Source of the DNA: Mustelus asterias
Taxonomy: Eukaryota
Direction of reading: 5' to 3'
NCBI RefSeq assembly: GCF_964213995.1
Contig: NC_135813.1
Coordinates: 61,194,001-61,258,000 of the forward strand
Length of the DNA: 64,000 nt
This document shows, in pieces, positions 62,488-64,000 of this stretch. The position numbers were made by a program, and so were the translations under genes. The notes beneath the pieces are model-generated. The model was given only the letters and a program-made list of their open reading frames with translations. It did no database searches and was not told the origin of the DNA. How positions within the stretch are numbered: the first letter of the stretch is position 1; each line of letters opens with the position of its first letter.

Positions 62488-62838
62488 GTACCAACGCTGC
62501 TTATGTGCTAACTCAGTCAGCGTCCGTCTCAACTTCACTGGGGAAAACTGCCAAAATCACTTGTACCGTGTCCGGAGGCAGCATCAGCAGCTACCACAAC
62601 AGCTGGTACTGGCAGAAAGCTGACAGTTCCCCTGTCTTCGTTTGGAGGGACTATGATTCTTCCAGAGGTTCGGGGATTCCTGAGCGATTCACTGGATCGA
62701 GGGACACATCGAGAAACGTTATGCAGTTAACCATCTCCAATGTAAAGATCGAGGATGTCGCTGATTATTATTGTGGGGCCTGGGATTACACTGTTGGTGG
62801 ATTCATTTTCGGGAATGGAACTAAACTCTATGTGGGCG
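62488..62838 (+). CDS. IGLV: Germline-joined VJ exon, cluster 3, in frame (C exon outside the window)
   Basis: 351 nt; ITC..WYWQK..DYYC GAWDYTVGGFI FGNGTKL; donor GTAAGT at 62839. Confidence 0.96.
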
Positions 62839-64000
62839 GTAAGTACAATTTTCGCCATGTACATCTAAGATTGTTAAACTTCAAATTCTGAATTTATCTA
62901 GCAGCGCAGAAATTCTTTGGAACAAACATTGATAATTCATGCATGATGTCTTAGAAATAAGTCTGTTTCCAGTTTGTTGCTCCAGAAGATAGATGTCCTA
63001 ACATCTTCGGATTTTTTATTTGGAGCGGCATTATAATTTAGCTTGCCGAAATTTAATTTTAATGCATCCATAATACGTGTTAATCTGCATGGGAAGCTAT
63101 TGAGAAACATACAGATGCTTGTTATTTACTGTATATTACCTTGCAATGAAAGTACCCGGTGTGAGGTTTTAAAATGCATATTAAGCGACATCATTACGTG
63201 AAATATTTTATCATTCTCCCACGCGATGGTATTAAGTAGTCGCAATCAGGGAGTTGGAGCCTTTGCATTTTCTGGGAAGATTCAGTGATCTTTGTACTCT
63301 GCAGAAATGGTTCCGTTGTTGCGACATTTTCAATATTGTGTTTCATATCAGTCATTTATTTGTAATTTCACCAGTAAATAATAAATAACAACAATACACC
63401 TTGATTAGATCAGGAATTTTAATATCAATTGCACATTTTAAGAATCCGATGTTTTTTTGGAGATAGGGTATTGAGATATCAGTGATAAAATGGAAATAGT
63501 TGGTTGTCTTCTTATGAGTCTTTACGGATGAGGACGCTAATCTCTGTTTAGTATGGTAAGTAAAATAAAAAATAATGGCTAGAGAGAGATTAATTGAATT
63601 CCATCAAATTGAACTTCCTTGGTAATCTCTGAGAGCTTGATTGATCGTCATCAAGAAATCAAGGCAACTTACTTCCGACAATTGGGGATATGTTTTTCGC
63701 TATTTTCAAAGCAGGAGATGCTCTGCAATTAATGGCACGGCACTCTTCCCCCATCTTTCTCAGCTCATGATATAGCATTGTATAAACATCAGACGTTGAT
63801 CCCACGCAGAGCTTACAAGCGCTGAGGGAATGGTACCTTCGAATCTGATTCATTTTATATGAATGTTACTGCGGGATCAGTAAATAAAAATAAATCCCAG
63901 ATTCAAGCGAAAGTTTACAATCTCTTTGCGCTATTCCAGGAGCAGCAAAACGACACAATTCGAAATTTCTGCCCCATCCTCGAATGATTGTCTGAAAAGA

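Overview
Eukaryotic genomic DNA from a cartilaginous fish, most likely a shark. This is inferred from the cluster-type, germline-joined Ig light-chain genes with a WYWQ framework 2 and from HE1-type V-SINEs and HER1/CR1-type LINEs. The window holds three head-to-tail, plus-strand immunoglobulin lambda-type (type II) light-chain clusters (promoter, leader exon, fused VJ exon, C exon), with V exons about 36 kb and 26 kb apart. Cluster 1 (109-5031) has a heavily disabled L/VJ but an intact C exon. Cluster 2 (36097-39983) is complete and in frame. Cluster 3 (62304-62838) has an intact L/VJ, and its C exon lies beyond the window. No RSS separates V and J, and all three junctions have the same length. 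The spacers are packed with nested retroelements: many CR1 LINEs, V-SINEs, a Deu-type SINE, a Rex1/Babar fragment, Gypsy remnants and solo LTRs. Two elements stand out. One is a young-looking but pol-less endogenous retrovirus (5425-12220) with LTRs about 98.5% identical, a tRNA-Phe PBS, an open gag-like ORF, an integrase stub, a decayed gamma-type env and a 5-bp TSD. The other is a set of three Penelope-like fragments, one with an apparently intact minimal hammerhead ribozyme (50111-50147, minus strand) and one forming a perfect 112-bp palindrome. All alignments and counts were done by eye.
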